Positions 1-10,300 of a DNA stretch of 64,000 bases are shown here, piece after piece. A program made the position numbers and the translations under genes. The stretch comes from a bacterium. GTDB taxonomy: Bacteria > Pseudomonadota > Gammaproteobacteria > UBA9339. The stretch's first letter is position 1, and each line of letters begins with the position of its first letter. Below the pieces are notes generated by a model that was not told the DNA's origin, made no database searches, and saw only the letters and a list, made by a program, of their open reading frames with translations. The stretch lies in NCBI GenBank assembly GCA_037142515.1, contig JBAXAM010000003.1, forward strand, positions 9,484 to 73,483, written 5' to 3'.

Positions 1-186
1 GCAACTGTAGAAGATATTGTACTAATGCGTAAGATTGTCGGTGAGAATATGCACGTTAAAGCTTCTGGTGGAATTCGTACCAAAGAAGACGCAGAAAAAA
101 TGGTAAATGCTGGAGCAGACAGAATTGGCGCCTCAGCAAGTGTGGCAATTGTAACTGGCAAGCAAGCAAAAGCTGGTAACTATTAA
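1..186 (+). CDS. deoC: deoxyribose-phosphate aldolase, C-terminal fragment (5' end lies outside the window)
   Basis: Frame 1 reads [51 protein letters not shown]...NY and ends at TAA 184-186. KASGGIR followed by GAxRIGxS is the C-terminal pattern I associate with DeoC/LacD-family aldolases. Confidence 0.8.
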   Translation, partial: ATVEDIVLMRKIVGENMHVKASGGIRTKEDAEKMVNAGADRIGASASVAIVTGKQAKAGNY

Positions 187-211
187 TTATAATATAATAT
201 GGGATAAACAT

Positions 212-856
212 ATGTTCGAATTACGCACCTTGACCTTTATAGATAATTTGCAACCCCAGCTTGCTCATTTTATTCCAGAAGAGCATATGGTTTATGCTCC
301 TTCTGAAAATGATGCAATGCTAATTATAGAAATAGCCCCAGCGATGGAAATTCATTCGATGGTTGATTTAGCGTTAAAGAGAACTAAAGTGCAGCTCGGT
401 GCGTTAATAACAGAAAGATATTTTGGTCAGTTATTTATACAACATTCTGATCAGGGTGAAGTAATCGAAGCTGGGCGAGAAATTTTGCGTATCACCGGCC
501 TTGATGAAAAGAATCGCGCCAAAATTGAAGTTCTTACCAACAAAATTATTCGTAGCGTTGAGCCAGATCACGCAAAATATTTCAATATCGATGCAGTGAA
601 CAATAAAGTAATACCAGGCGAATCAGTTTTGCTTATAGAGACAACTCCAGCAGCATATTCTGCTATTGCTTGTAATGAAGCATTGAAGGCCGCAAATGTA
701 AAGCTAATAACAATCAGGCCGTTTGGAGCTACAAGTAGATTAGTTATGAGCGGGCCAGAATCAGAAATTGATTCAGCAGCTGAAGCAGCTATCAAGATAA
801 TCGATAAGCTTAATGAGATGCGAGCAAATAAAACCCATAAACAATTAGGCGTATAG
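212..856 (+). CDS. tandem BMC-domain protein (bacterial microcompartment shell, BMC-T-like)
   Basis: This 214-aa ORF has two internal copies of the BMC pattern. Residues ~35-95 read MLIIEIAPAMEIHSMVDLALKRTKVQLGALI...GEVIEAG. Residues ~137-200 read SVLLIETTPAAYSAIACNEALKAANVKLITIRPFGATSRLVMSGPESEIDSAAEAA. Compare PduA [52 protein letters not shown]. Confidence 0.7.
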   Translation: MFELRTLTFIDNLQPQLAHFIPEEHMVYAPSENDAMLIIEIAPAMEIHSMVDLALKRTKVQLGALITERYFGQLFIQHSDQGEVIEAGREILRITGLDEKNRAKIEVLTNKIIRSVEPDHAKYFNIDAVNNKVIPGESVLLIETTPAAYSAIACNEALKAANVKLITIRPFGATSRLVMSGPESEIDSAAEAAIKIIDKLNEMRANKTHKQLGV

Positions 857-859
857 TGC

Positions 860-1564
860 ATGGGCAATCGACGTTCATTCATAGTAAATGAAATCGTAAA
901 ATACAGCCAAAAACTAGATCAAAAAGGTTTTGGCGCTAATCACGACGGCAATATTTCTGTTAAACTCGATGATGTGTTGCTGGCAACACCAACTGCTGTT
1001 AGTAAGGGTAATATAACAGCTGATCTAGTCATAACTTTAGATAAAAATGGCAATAAAATAGCGGGTTTCGGCAAGCCCTTTTCTGAAATTAAACTACACT
1101 TAATTGCCTATCGTGAGCGCCCCGAAGTTAATGCGGTTGTTCACGCGCACCCACCGTTTGCTACTGCGCGTGGTTTATTGAATTTACCAATTAAACCGGC
1201 AATTCCTGAAGCAATTGTTTCAATTGGTGATATTGTTCCAGTTGTTGCATTTGCTATGCCTGGCGCAAAAGAAAACGATGGTATTATTGCAAAGGCTTTA
1301 GCTGAAGTTGATGTTTTTATTATGCCAGGAAATGGAGTGTTTGCAGTTGGCGATAGCGTAGAGCAAGCTTATTTGCGTTTAGAGCTAGTAGAACATCTGG
1401 CTAAAATCGATTATTATGCGCAGGGTCGTGGGATGCCAATGAAACTTGCGGACGAAGATGTTTCTAGTCTTATGAAAAAGCGCTCTGATATTGGCCTTGG
1501 GCCGAAAAAAAATGTGTCAGAACTTAAAAGAATAATTTTAGAAGAAATTAAAAAAGTACTATAA
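860..1564 (+). CDS. class II aldolase/adducin-family protein (FucA/RhaD-like)
   Basis: This 234-aa ORF contains NHDGNISVK, KPFSEIKLHLIAY, NAVVHAHPPFATA and IMPGNGVFAVGDSVEQAYLRLELVE. These match the metal-binding His and substrate motifs of class II (fuculose/ribulose-phosphate type) aldolases. Confidence 0.8.
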   Translation: MGNRRSFIVNEIVKYSQKLDQKGFGANHDGNISVKLDDVLLATPTAVSKGNITADLVITLDKNGNKIAGFGKPFSEIKLHLIAYRERPEVNAVVHAHPPFATARGLLNLPIKPAIPEAIVSIGDIVPVVAFAMPGAKENDGIIAKALAEVDVFIMPGNGVFAVGDSVEQAYLRLELVEHLAKIDYYAQGRGMPMKLADEDVSSLMKKRSDIGLGPKKNVSELKRIILEEIKKVL

Positions 1565-1594
1565 ACAAAGTATTATAAAGTGAGGATAAAGTTT

Positions 1595-2356
1595 ATGAGA
1601 ACACCGCTTATTGCTGGCAATTGGAAAATGAATAAAGCTATTGGTGAAGCGCTTGATCTTGCAAAAGCACTGCATCATGGCTTATCACACGCTGATGCAG
1701 CCAAGCTTGAGGTTGTTGTTGCGCCGCCATATACTGCGCTTAACAAGATAGCAGAATTTTTAAAAGATTCTTTTATTGGTGTTAGCGCTCAAGATTTATT
1801 TTGGGAGGATGCTGGGGCTTTTACGGGAGCAATTTCTGCTCCAATGATCAAAGATGCTGGAGCTGAATACGTAATTATTGGTCATTCAGAGAGACGTCAA
1901 TTGTTTGGTGAAACTGACAGCACCGTAAACAAAAAAGTAAAAGCGGCGCTCAAAGTTGGTTTAATTCCAATTTTTTGTGTTGGTGAGACTCTGGCAGAGC
2001 GTGAAGCAGGAAAAGTAAACGCTGTTATTGGAACCCAATTTTCTGGTGGGCTTGCCGATTTAACCACAGAAGATATGAAGCAAGTAGTGATTGCTTACGA
2101 ACCAGTATGGGCAATTGGTACCGGTAAAACTGCAACGCCAGGGCAAGCCGAAGAAGTTCATGCTATGATTCGTAAAATGCTCGTTGAAAAGTTTGGCCAG
2201 GCAATTGCCGATATAGTAAGGCTTTTATATGGCGGTAGCGTCAAGCCTTCAAATAGCAAAGAATTGCTGTCTGAGCCTAATATCGATGGAGCATTAGTCG
2301 GCGGTGCTAGTCTAAAAGCAGAAGACTTTATTGGTATTATAAAAAACGCGATTTAA
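1595..2356 (+). CDS. tpiA: triosephosphate isomerase
   Basis: Motifs present are MRTPLIAGNWKMN, IIGHSERR, AYEPVWAIGTG and LYGGSVKP. I chose ATG 1595, with GAGGA 7 nt upstream, over the GTG 1580 used in the ORF track. Confidence 0.95.
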   Translation: MRTPLIAGNWKMNKAIGEALDLAKALHHGLSHADAAKLEVVVAPPYTALNKIAEFLKDSFIGVSAQDLFWEDAGAFTGAISAPMIKDAGAEYVIIGHSERRQLFGETDSTVNKKVKAALKVGLIPIFCVGETLAEREAGKVNAVIGTQFSGGLADLTTEDMKQVVIAYEPVWAIGTGKTATPGQAEEVHAMIRKMLVEKFGQAIADIVRLLYGGSVKPSNSKELLSEPNIDGALVGGASLKAEDFIGIIKNAI

Positions 2357-2385
2357 AAATCCTACTAAAAAATTTCTCATTTCAA

Positions 2386-2414
2386 TTGACAAAGTGTTGC
2401 TAATCAGCAAAAAT
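2386..2414 (+). promoter_or_regulatory. putative sigma70 promoter for the tRNA-tufB operon
   Basis: TTGACA at 2386-2391 is followed by a 17-nt spacer and then AAAAAT at 2409-2414, about 27 nt upstream of tRNA-Tyr. The -10 hexamer is weak. Confidence 0.35.
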
Positions 2415-2440
2415 GATCGGCTCAAATTTTTTTATAAAGG

Positions 2441-2523
2441 GGAGGGGTTCCCGAGCGGCCAAAGGGATCAGACTGTAAATCTGCCGGCTTATGCCTTCGT
2501 AGGTTCAAATCCTACCCCCTCCA
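2441..2523 (+). tRNA. tRNA-Tyr (anticodon GTA)
   Basis: GGAGGGGTTCCCGAGCGGCCAAAGGGA...CTGTAAA...GGTTCAAATCCTACCCCCTCCA is near-identical in layout to E. coli tRNA-Tyr. It has a 7-bp acceptor stem (ggagggg/cccctcc) and a long variable arm. No CCA is encoded. Confidence 0.95.
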
Positions 2524-2549
2524 AAAGATTGATTTTTGGTGTTTTTTAT

Positions 2550-2623
2550 GCGGGCGTAGTTCAATGGTAGAACTTCAGCCTTCCAAGCTGATAGCGTGGG
2601 TTCGATTCCCATCGCCCGCTCCA
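2550..2623 (+). tRNA. tRNA-Gly (anticodon TCC)
   Basis: Acceptor stem gcgggcg/cgcccgc, anticodon loop cTTCCaa, T-loop GGTTCGATTCC and an encoded CCA. Confidence 0.95.
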
Positions 2624-2647
2624 GTTTCGAAGGCTTAGAAAGTATTC

Positions 2648-2723
<76 letters not shown>

Positions 2724-2750
2724 GGAAAAATTTTATTTATTTTAATAGGT

Positions 2751-3965
2751 TATAAAAATAGGAGTACAAACAATGGCAGAAAAAGAAAAATTTGATCGAA
2801 CCAAGCCGCATATAAATATCGGTACTATAGGGCATGTAGATCATGGTAAAACAACGCTAACAGCAGCGATGACGATGGTACTGGCTGCAAAATTTGGTGG
2901 TGAAGTAAAGAAATTCGACGAAATTGACAATGCCCCAGAAGAAAAAGAAAGAGGCATAACAATAGCAACTTCGCATGTTGAATATCAAACAGCGAAATTC
3001 CATGTTGCTCACGTAGATTGCCCAGGACATGCTGATTATGTAAAAAACATGATTACTGGAGCAGCACAGATGGATGGAGCTGTTTTGGTTGTAAGTGCAG
3101 CTGATGGTCCAATGCCACAAACCAGAGAGCACATTCTTTTGGCCAGACAGGTTGGAGTGCCAAAAATTATTGTATATTTAAATAAAGCTGATATGGTGGA
3201 CGATCCTGAGTTATTGCAGCTGGTTGAGATGGAGATTAGAGATTTATTGAATAAATATGAATTTCCAGGAGATATAACGCCGATTGTTGTTGGTTCTGCC
3301 TTAAAAGCGCTTGAAGGAGATAAAAGCGAATTGGGAGAGCCATCGATATTGAAATTGGCTCAAACGATAGATGAGTATTTTGTAATACCAGAGCGTCCAA
3401 AAAACAAACCGTTTTTGATGCCAATAGAAGATGTATTTTCTATATCAGGAAGAGGCACGGTAGTAACTGGAAGAATTGAAAGAGGTATAGTTAAGTCTGG
3501 AGAAGAAGTAGAGATAGTTGGGATTCGTCCTACACAAAAGACTATATGTACCGGTGTTGAGATGTTTAGAAAGATTTTGGACCAAGGAGAAGCTGGAGAT
3601 AATGTTGGAGTGTTATTGCGTGGCACTAAGAAAGAAGATGTCGAAAGAGGTCAGGTATTAGCGCATCCAGGAACGATAACTCCACATACTAAGTTTGAAG
3701 CTGAAGTATATGTACTTTCGAAAGAAGAAGGTGGAAGACACACAGCGTTTTTCAAAGGATATCGTCCACAGTTTTATTTTAGAACTACTGACGTAACTGG
3801 AGCAGTGGAATTACCATCTGGTGTTGAGATGGTGATGCCCGGAGATAATATTAAGATAGTAGTAGCCTTAATAGTACCGGTTGCTATGGAAGACGGGGTA
3901 AGATTTGCAATAAGAGAGGGCGGCCGAACAGTTGGCGCTGGGGTTGTAACTAAGATTATTGAATA
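2751..3965 (+). repeat. tuf repeat copy 1 (about 1215 bp, identical to 18843..20057)
   Basis: The proteins are identical. The three antisense shadow ORFs are also identical at a constant offset of 16092 nt, which requires nucleotide identity over those spans. Identity starts 22 nt upstream of the ATG (tataaaaataggagtacaaaca) and ends inside the stop codon (TAA vs TAG). Confidence 0.9.
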
Positions 3966-3966
3966 A
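2773..3966 (+). CDS. tufB: elongation factor Tu (copy at the tRNA-tufB-secE position)
   Basis: This 397-aa ORF carries [18 protein letters not shown] and NKADMV. It follows the Tyr/Gly/Thr tRNA cluster as in the enterobacterial thrU-tyrU-glyT-thrT-tufB operon. Confidence 0.98.
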   Translation: MAEKEKFDRTKPHINIGTIGHVDHGKTTLTAAMTMVLAAKFGGEVKKFDEIDNAPEEKERGITIATSHVEYQTAKFHVAHVDCPGHADYVKNMITGAAQMDGAVLVVSAADGPMPQTREHILLARQVGVPKIIVYLNKADMVDDPELLQLVEMEIRDLLNKYEFPGDITPIVVGSALKALEGDKSELGEPSILKLAQTIDEYFVIPERPKNKPFLMPIEDVFSISGRGTVVTGRIERGIVKSGEEVEIVGIRPTQKTICTGVEMFRKILDQGEAGDNVGVLLRGTKKEDVERGQVLAHPGTITPHTKFEAEVYVLSKEEGGRHTAFFKGYRPQFYFRTTDVTGAVELPSGVEMVMPGDNIKIVVALIVPVAMEDGVRFAIREGGRTVGAGVVTKIIE

Positions 3967-4042
3967 AGGTCAGTAGCTCAATTGGCAGAGCGGCGGTCTC
4001 CAAAACCGTAGGTTGGGGGTTCGATTCCCTCCTGGCCTGCCA
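3967..4042 (+). tRNA. tRNA-Trp (anticodon CCA)
   Basis: Acceptor stem aggtcag/ctggcct, anticodon loop ctCCAaa, T-loop GGTTCGATTCC and an encoded CCA. It starts immediately after the tufB stop codon. Confidence 0.95.
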
Positions 4043-4064
4043 ATGTGGTGATAAAGATAAAAAA

Positions 4065-4451
4065 ATGGAAATAATAAATAATACTCATAATGTTCCGTGC
4101 CCCAAACTAGATAAGTTTTTGTGGGCGCTGATACTAGCGTTAGTTGCAGCAGGTGCTTTTGCTAATTATTATTTTAGCGAACTGGCTTGGGCTTTGCGTT
4201 TTACAGGTTGGATTATTTTAATTTGCGTTTTGATTGGGTTGGCAGCTGCGACGTTGCAGGGTAAAAGAACTTGGGATTTTGCTAAGAATGCCCGAATAGA
4301 GTTGCTCAAGGTTGTGTGGCCAACGCGTGAGGAGACTGCGAAAATCACAATGGTAGTTGCAGCTCTGGTGCTTGTTGCATCAATAATTCTTTGGGGTATT
4401 GATTCTGTTTTACTTCGGATTGTTGCTTGGCTAACGGGAACATTAACTTAA
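4065..4451 (+). CDS. secE: preprotein translocase subunit SecE
   Basis: This 128-aa ORF has three hydrophobic segments and ends ...[42 protein letters not shown], the conserved SecE C-terminal region. It sits upstream of nusG. Confidence 0.93.
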   Translation: MEIINNTHNVPCPKLDKFLWALILALVAAGAFANYYFSELAWALRFTGWIILICVLIGLAAATLQGKRTWDFAKNARIELLKVVWPTREETAKITMVVAALVLVASIILWGIDSVLLRIVAWLTGTLT

Positions 4452-4461
4452 GAACCTTTTT

Positions 4462-5031
4462 ATGAATACTGAACCTCAAAAATTAGATGAGACAAAACCA
4501 AACATCAAATGGTATATCGTCCATGCTTATTCTGGTAAAGAATTGGCGGTAGTGCGTAATATTAGCGAGAGAATCAAATTGCACGACGTTGGAGATAAAT
4601 TTGGTGAAATTATTGTTCCGACTGAAGAAGTTGTGGAGATGCGTGGTGGACAAAAATGTAAAAGTACGCGTAAATTTTTTCCTGGTTATGTTTTAGTTCA
4701 AATGGAAATGAATGACCAAACTTGGCATTTGGTTAGAAACACACCATGGGTTATGGGATTTATTGGTGGGACGAGTGATAAGCCGGTTCCTGTTGATAAT
4801 AAAGAAATTAATGATATTTTACATCGAGTACAGGAAGGGGTCGAGAAGCCGCGGCCAAAAATTTTATTTGCACCTGGTGAAGTTGTGCGTATTATTAGCG
4901 GTCCATTTTCAGACTTCGATGGTGTGGTTGAAGAAGTTAACTATGAAAAGAGTAGGCTCGTTGTTTCAGTATTAATTTTTGGACGATCAACGCCAGTAGA
5001 ATTAGAGTTTGGACAAGTACAAAAGTCTTAA
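4462..5031 (+). CDS. nusG: transcription termination/antitermination factor NusG
   Basis: Motifs [20 protein letters not shown] and the KOW region [21 protein letters not shown]. The secE-nusG-rplK synteny is conserved. Confidence 0.96.
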   Translation: MNTEPQKLDETKPNIKWYIVHAYSGKELAVVRNISERIKLHDVGDKFGEIIVPTEEVVEMRGGQKCKSTRKFFPGYVLVQMEMNDQTWHLVRNTPWVMGFIGGTSDKPVPVDNKEINDILHRVQEGVEKPRPKILFAPGEVVRIISGPFSDFDGVVEEVNYEKSRLVVSVLIFGRSTPVELEFGQVQKS

Positions 5032-5076
5032 TATTTTTTTGGGGAGCTCGATGAGCGCTAAGACCCAGGAGGTAAT

Positions 5077-5520
5077 ATGGCAGTAAAAAAAGCAGCAAAA
5101 CTAATTAAGTTGCAAGTAAAAGCCGGTGAAGCAAATCCGGCTCCACCAGTTGGTCCGGCATTAGGACAACATGGCATAAACATAATGGAGTTTTGTAAGG
5201 CGTTTAATGCACAAACGCAGAAAATGGAAAAAGGATTGCCTATACCCGTTATTATTAGTGTTTATGCTGATCGTAGCTTTTCCTTTATTCTAAAAACTCC
5301 TCCGGCTTCAATATTATTATTGAAAGCTGCTGGGTTGAGTAAAGGTAGTGCTACGCCGCATAGTCTAAAAATCGGTAAAGTTAATTTAGCTCAAGTAGAA
5401 GAGATTGCTAAAATTAAAACATCAGACCTCACTGCTGCAGACTTAAAAGCAGCGATGCGCACTATTATTGGTAGTGCCAGGAGCATGGGAATTATTGTGG
5501 AGGGCTCTGAGAATGTCTAA
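5077..5520 (+). CDS. rplK: 50S ribosomal protein L11
   Basis: [33 protein letters not shown] is the L11 signature. AGGAGG lies upstream of the ATG. Confidence 0.97.
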   Translation: MAVKKAAKLIKLQVKAGEANPAPPVGPALGQHGINIMEFCKAFNAQTQKMEKGLPIPVIISVYADRSFSFILKTPPASILLLKAAGLSKGSATPHSLKIGKVNLAQVEEIAKIKTSDLTAADLKAAMRTIIGSARSMGIIVEGSENV

Positions 5521-6202
5521 AATTACTAAGCGTCGTAAAATTATTAATGAGAAGGTTGTTATAGGGAGGCAATATTTAGTGGATGAGGCGTTAGAATTGC
5601 TTAAGTCTTTGCCACCACTAAAATTTGCTGAAGGTGTTGATGTCAGTATTAATTTAGGTATTGATACTAAGAAATCTGATCAGACTGTACGTGGTGCAAC
5701 TGTATTACCACATGGTACTGGGCGCAAAGTTAGAGTTGGAGTATTCGCTCAAGGTGAATATGCTGAAATTGCAAAAACAGCTGGAGCTGATGTCATTGGG
5801 TTCGAAGATTTAGCAGAAAAAATTAAACAAGGCGTTATTGATTTTGATGTGTTAATTGCAACACCGGATGCAATGCGTGTTGTTGGCCAGTTGGGCCAAA
5901 TTTTGGGTCCGCGTGGTTTGATGCCGAATCCAAAAATAGGTACGGTAACTGCAGATGTTGCTGGCGCCATTAAAAATGCAAAAGGTGGGCAAGTAAGTTA
6001 TCGTGCTGATAAAGGTGGTGTTGTGCATTGCACTATCGGAAAGGTGAATTTTGCTGTCAATGCTTTGAAAGAGAATTTAGTTACCTTGCTCAATGATTTG
6101 AAAAAGACCAAGCCAAGCGGTTCTAAGGGTATTTATATTAAAAAGATAGTGTTATCAAGCACTATGGGTCCTGGTCTGATTATTGATCAAGCTAGTATTT
6201 AA
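5513..6202 (+). CDS. rplA: 50S ribosomal protein L1
   Basis: MSKITKRRK... with [18 protein letters not shown] and [12 protein letters not shown] 5513 overlaps the end of rplK. The longer ORF-track start at 5468 lies inside rplK and was rejected. Confidence 0.96.
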   Translation: MSKITKRRKIINEKVVIGRQYLVDEALELLKSLPPLKFAEGVDVSINLGIDTKKSDQTVRGATVLPHGTGRKVRVGVFAQGEYAEIAKTAGADVIGFEDLAEKIKQGVIDFDVLIATPDAMRVVGQLGQILGPRGLMPNPKIGTVTADVAGAIKNAKGGQVSYRADKGGVVHCTIGKVNFAVNALKENLVTLLNDLKKTKPSGSKGIYIKKIVLSSTMGPGLIIDQASI

Positions 6203-6335
6203 TGATTTCACGGCTGAAGTTGTAGCTGTTGGAGACCGTAGGTCACACAGGTGTGTTAATTGAGAGTTCTCAACCTACGTAAACGGTGCCGTGTGTTGTA
6301 GCGGCATTAATTTGTGTTTATCCGGAGGTGTATCA
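6203..6335 (+). promoter_or_regulatory. rplJ 5' leader (candidate L10/L12 autoregulatory leader)
   Basis: This is a 133-nt untranslated spacer between rplA and rplJ, the position of the L10 leader in gammaproteobacteria. It contains a 7-bp stem, cgtaggt (6237-6243) with acctacg (6274-6280), that encloses a smaller hairpin. I did not run a covariance-model check. Confidence 0.4.
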
Positions 6336-6860
6336 GTGGCTCTGAGACTAGAAGATAAAAAAGCTATTGTAGCTGAAGTGGCGGATGTTGCTGCGAAAGC
6401 AGTATCTGCTATCGCTGCTGATTATCGCGGTTTAACTGTGACGGAAATGACCGATTTGCGAGCGAAAGCACGTAAAAATGGCGTTTATTTGCGAGTGGTG
6501 CGTAATACTTTGGCGAGAAGGGCTCTAGAAAATACTGATTTTGCTTGTATGCAAGACTCACTTGTAGGTTCTGTATTTTTAGCTTTTTCGCAAGAAGATC
6601 CGGGAGCTGTAGCTCGTTTATTGAAAGATGCAATGCGCGACTATGAAAAGCTTACGGTTTGTGCTTTGGCTTTAGGTAGAAAACTACTGAGTGTAGGAGA
6701 TGTTGACGCCGTAGCCAAGTTGCCAACTCGTGATCAATCATTGGCGGTTTTAATGTTAGTGATGCAAGCGCCAGTTACCAAATTGGTACGAACTATGGTG
6801 GAACCATATGCCATGTTGGTACGTACAGTTGCAGCAATACGCGATAAGAAAGCTGCATAA
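6336..6860 (+). CDS. rplJ: 50S ribosomal protein L10
   Basis: A GTG start at 6336, with GGAGG at 6324-6328, gives (M)ALRLEDKKAIVAEV...YLRVVRNTLARRA, collinear with E. coli L10 MALNLQDKQAIVAEV. Confidence 0.95.
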   Translation: MALRLEDKKAIVAEVADVAAKAVSAIAADYRGLTVTEMTDLRAKARKNGVYLRVVRNTLARRALENTDFACMQDSLVGSVFLAFSQEDPGAVARLLKDAMRDYEKLTVCALALGRKLLSVGDVDAVAKLPTRDQSLAVLMLVMQAPVTKLVRTMVEPYAMLVRTVAAIRDKKAA

Positions 6861-6896
6861 ATTTTAATGTTAATAAATTTTTTGAGGAGAAATTAA

Positions 6897-7268
6897 ATGA
6901 CCGTTACTAAAGATCAGATTTTAGAAGCAGTTGCAAAAATGAGTATTATGGATGTTGTCGAGCTTGTTAAAGAGATGGAAGAAAAGTTTGGTGTTTCTGC
7001 TGCTGCTGCAGTTGCTGTTGCAGCTGCGCCAGCTGCTGCCGCAGCTGCTGAAGAAAAAACATCTTTTAATGTTGTTATGACTAACTTTGGTGCAAATAAA
7101 ATAAACGTAATTAAAGTTCTTCGTGAGATCACAGGCTTGGGTCTTAAAGAAGCCAAAGATATGGTCGAAGGTGTACCATCAAACGTTAAAGAAGGTATTT
7201 CTAAAGATGATGCAGCCAGTATCAAAAAGAAGCTTGAAGAAGCTGGTGCGACTGTTGAAGTTAAGTAA
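6897..7268 (+). CDS. rplL: 50S ribosomal protein L7/L12
   Basis: An Ala-rich hinge ([20 protein letters not shown]) is followed by [22 protein letters not shown]...[10 protein letters not shown]. Confidence 0.97.
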   Translation: MTVTKDQILEAVAKMSIMDVVELVKEMEEKFGVSAAAAVAVAAAPAAAAAAEEKTSFNVVMTNFGANKINVIKVLREITGLGLKEAKDMVEGVPSNVKEGISKDDAASIKKKLEEAGATVEVK

Positions 7269-7288
7269 TCGAGTAGTTTATGCGTTCT

Positions 7289-7309
7289 GTGTCTATTAAA
7301 AATAGGCAC
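7289..7309 (+). other. hairpin in the rplL-rpoB spacer (possible attenuator or processing site)
   Basis: An 8-bp stem gtgtctat/ataggcac (one G-U pair) closes a 5-nt loop. It sits where E. coli has a partial terminator/RNase III site. No U-tract follows. Confidence 0.3.
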
Positions 7310-7345
7310 GGGACAGTTTCGTGTTGTTTATTTAGAGGGTAGTTG

Positions 7346-10300
7346 ATGAATCACATTCAGCAAGTCAAAACTCATGGTGGTAATCGAGCGGTATTATCCT
7401 ACACTGAAAAAAAACGCATTCGCAAAAGTTTTGCTAAGCATCCGATTACAGTGGTGCCGCCTAATCTTTTGGCAGTACAGGCAGATTCTTATCGTGATTT
7501 TATCCAGACTGGGGTTTTGCCCGAAGAACTGGCTGATGTTGGGTTGCATGCAGTATTTAAATCCGTTTTTCCGATTGTAAGCTATGCTGGCAATGCACAG
7601 CTTGATTATGTAAATTATAGCCTGGGTGAGGCGATGTTTGATGTTAGAGAATGTCGGACCCGTGGTTTAAACTATGCCGCAGCGCTTCGAATCAAGTTAC
7701 GCCTTACTGTTTATGAAAAAGATTCTGCTGGTAATAAAACTGCAAAAGATATTAAAGAGCAAGAAGTTTATATATGCGATTTGCCTTTAATGACTGATAC
7801 AGGGAGTTTCGTAGTTAATGGTATTGAGCGTGTAGTAGTATCACAGCTACATCGTTCGCCTGGAGTGTTTTTTGAGCATGATAAGGGTAAGACCCATTCT
7901 TCCGGTAAGTTGCTTTTTTCTGCTCGTGTAATTCCATATCGTGGTTCTTGGCTCGATTTCGAGTTTGATCCTAAAGATTGTGTTTTTGTACGAATTGACC
8001 GTCGTCGTAAGTTACCAGTTACTGTTTTATTGCGTTCGCTAGGCTATACGACTGAGCAAATTTTAGACATGTTTTTTGAAGCGGATACCTATCGTTTGGT
8101 TGGTGAAGATATTATTTTAGATTTGAATCCCGAGCGCCTGCGCGGCGAGCTTGCGGTTATAGATATTAAGGGCAAATCTGGGGACATTATTGTTGAACAA
8201 GGTAGACGTATTTCACAGCGTCATGTGTCATTAATGCAAAAAGCTGGTATTAAAACTTTAAGTGTGCCCCTAGAGTATTTGCTCGATAAGGTTATTGCCA
8301 AGCCAGTTATCGACAAAAAAACTGGAGAAGTACTAGCGGCAGCTAACATAGAGGTTACCGCAGAATTAATTAAACAATTTCATAAAGCAGGTATTGGATC
8401 GTTTGAGACGCTCTATGTTAATGATCTAGATCGTGGGCTTTATATTTCCGATACATTACGTATAGACTCCTCATCTACGCAACTAGAAGGATTGGTCGAG
8501 ATTTATCGGATGATGCGGCCAGGTGAGCCGCCGACTAAAGAAGCGGCTGAAACATTATTCCGTAATTTATTTTTTTCGAGTGAGCGCTATGATTTGTCTA
8601 CTGTTGGGCGCATGAAATTCAATCGTCGTTTGGATCGGTCAAGCTTCGAAGGCCCAGGGGTATTGTCCAAAGATGATATTGTCGACGTGATTAAAACATT
8701 GATTAGTATTCGTGATGGTAAAGGTGAGGTTGATGATATTGATCACTTGGGTAATCGTCGCATACGCAGTGTTGGTGAGATGGTAGAAAACCAATTTCGC
8801 ATGGGTTTGGTGCGAGTAGAGCGTGCAGTAAAAGAGCGCTTAGGCTTGGCCGATACTGAAAACTTATTGCCACAAGACTTGCTTAATGCTAAGCCTATTG
8901 CCGCTGCAATTAAGGAATTTTTTGGTTCTGGTCAGCTGTCGCAGTTTATGGACCAAAATAACCCATTGACTTCAATCACGCACAAACGCCGTATTTCGGC
9001 ATTAGGGCCTGGTGGTTTGACCAGAGAACGAGCGGGGTTTGAGGTGCGTGACGTTCACCCGACTCACTATGGTCGTTTGTGTCCAATTGAGACACCTGAA
9101 GGACCGAATATTGGTTTAATTAACTCGCTAGCTATTTATGCGAAGATTAATAAATACGGTTTTATTGAAAGTCCATATCGTAAAGTAGTTGCGGGTAAAA
9201 TAACCGAAGAAATTGTGCATTTGTCGGCAATTGAAGAGGGAAATTTTTATATTGCTCAGGCGAACACTACAATCGACAAGCACGGTAATTTAGTGGATGA
9301 GTTAATTCCATCTCGTTATAAAGGCGAGTCTATTTTAACCACAGCAGAGCATGTAAATTATATTGATGTATCGCCTAGTCAGATTGTTTCAATAGCAACT
9401 GCATTAATTCCATTTTTGGAACATAACGATACTAGTCGTGCGCTTATGGGATCAAACATGCAACGTCAGGCAGTGCCAACTATACATGCGGAGAAACCAT
9501 TAATTGGTACTGGTATGGAATATAGAGTTGCTATTGACTCTGGTGTAACCGTGGTTGCGCGTCGTGGTGGTATAGTTGATTCAGTTGATGCTTCGCGTAT
9601 CGTGGTTCGTGTTAATGAGAGCGAAGCTGTTGGTGGTGAAGAAGCTGCTGTAGATATTTATAATCTTATTAAATATTCCAGGTCTAATCAAAACACCTGT
9701 ATTACTCAACGGCCATTAGTTGAAATTGGTGATCATGTTGCGATTAGTGATGTGCTTGCTGATGGTCCAAGTACCGATCTTGGTGAGTTAGCATTGGGTC
9801 AAAATTTATTGGTCGCATTTATGCCGTGGAATGGTTATAACTTTGAAGACTCAATTGTTATTTCCGAGCGCGTGGTGCAAGAAGAGCGTTTTACTACAGT
9901 GCATATTCAAGAATTAACTTGTGTAGCGCGTGATACCAAAATTGGTCCAGAAGAAATTACTGCCGATATTCCAAATGTTGGTGAAAGTGCATTAGCTAAG
10001 CTAGACGCATGTGGCATAGTGCATATTGGCGCAGAAGTTGTGGCTGGTGATATTCTTGTAGGGAAAGTTACTCCTAAGGGAGAGACTCAATTAACACCAG
10101 AAGAAAAATTATTACGTGCTATTTTTGGTGAGAAAGCATCTGATGTTAAAGATACTTCGCTTCGAGTGCCGTCGGGAACCAATGGTACGGTTATTGATGT
10201 TCAAGTGTTTACACGTGATGGTGTTGAAAAAGATGAGCGTGCCAAAGCAGTTGAAAAAGCGAGTTTGATGAAAATTAAAAAAGATTTATCTGATGAGTTA

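Noticed and set aside
2857-3626. Three antisense ORFs inside tufB, duplicated inside tufA.
   Set aside because: They are shadow ORFs. They are useful only as evidence that the two tuf copies are identical at the nucleotide level.
5041-5073. Possible L1-binding translational operator upstream of rplK (ggggagctcgatgagcgctaagacccaggagg).
   Set aside because: The support is only positional analogy plus a weak 4-bp hairpin. My recollection of the L1 mRNA site is too imprecise to support a call.
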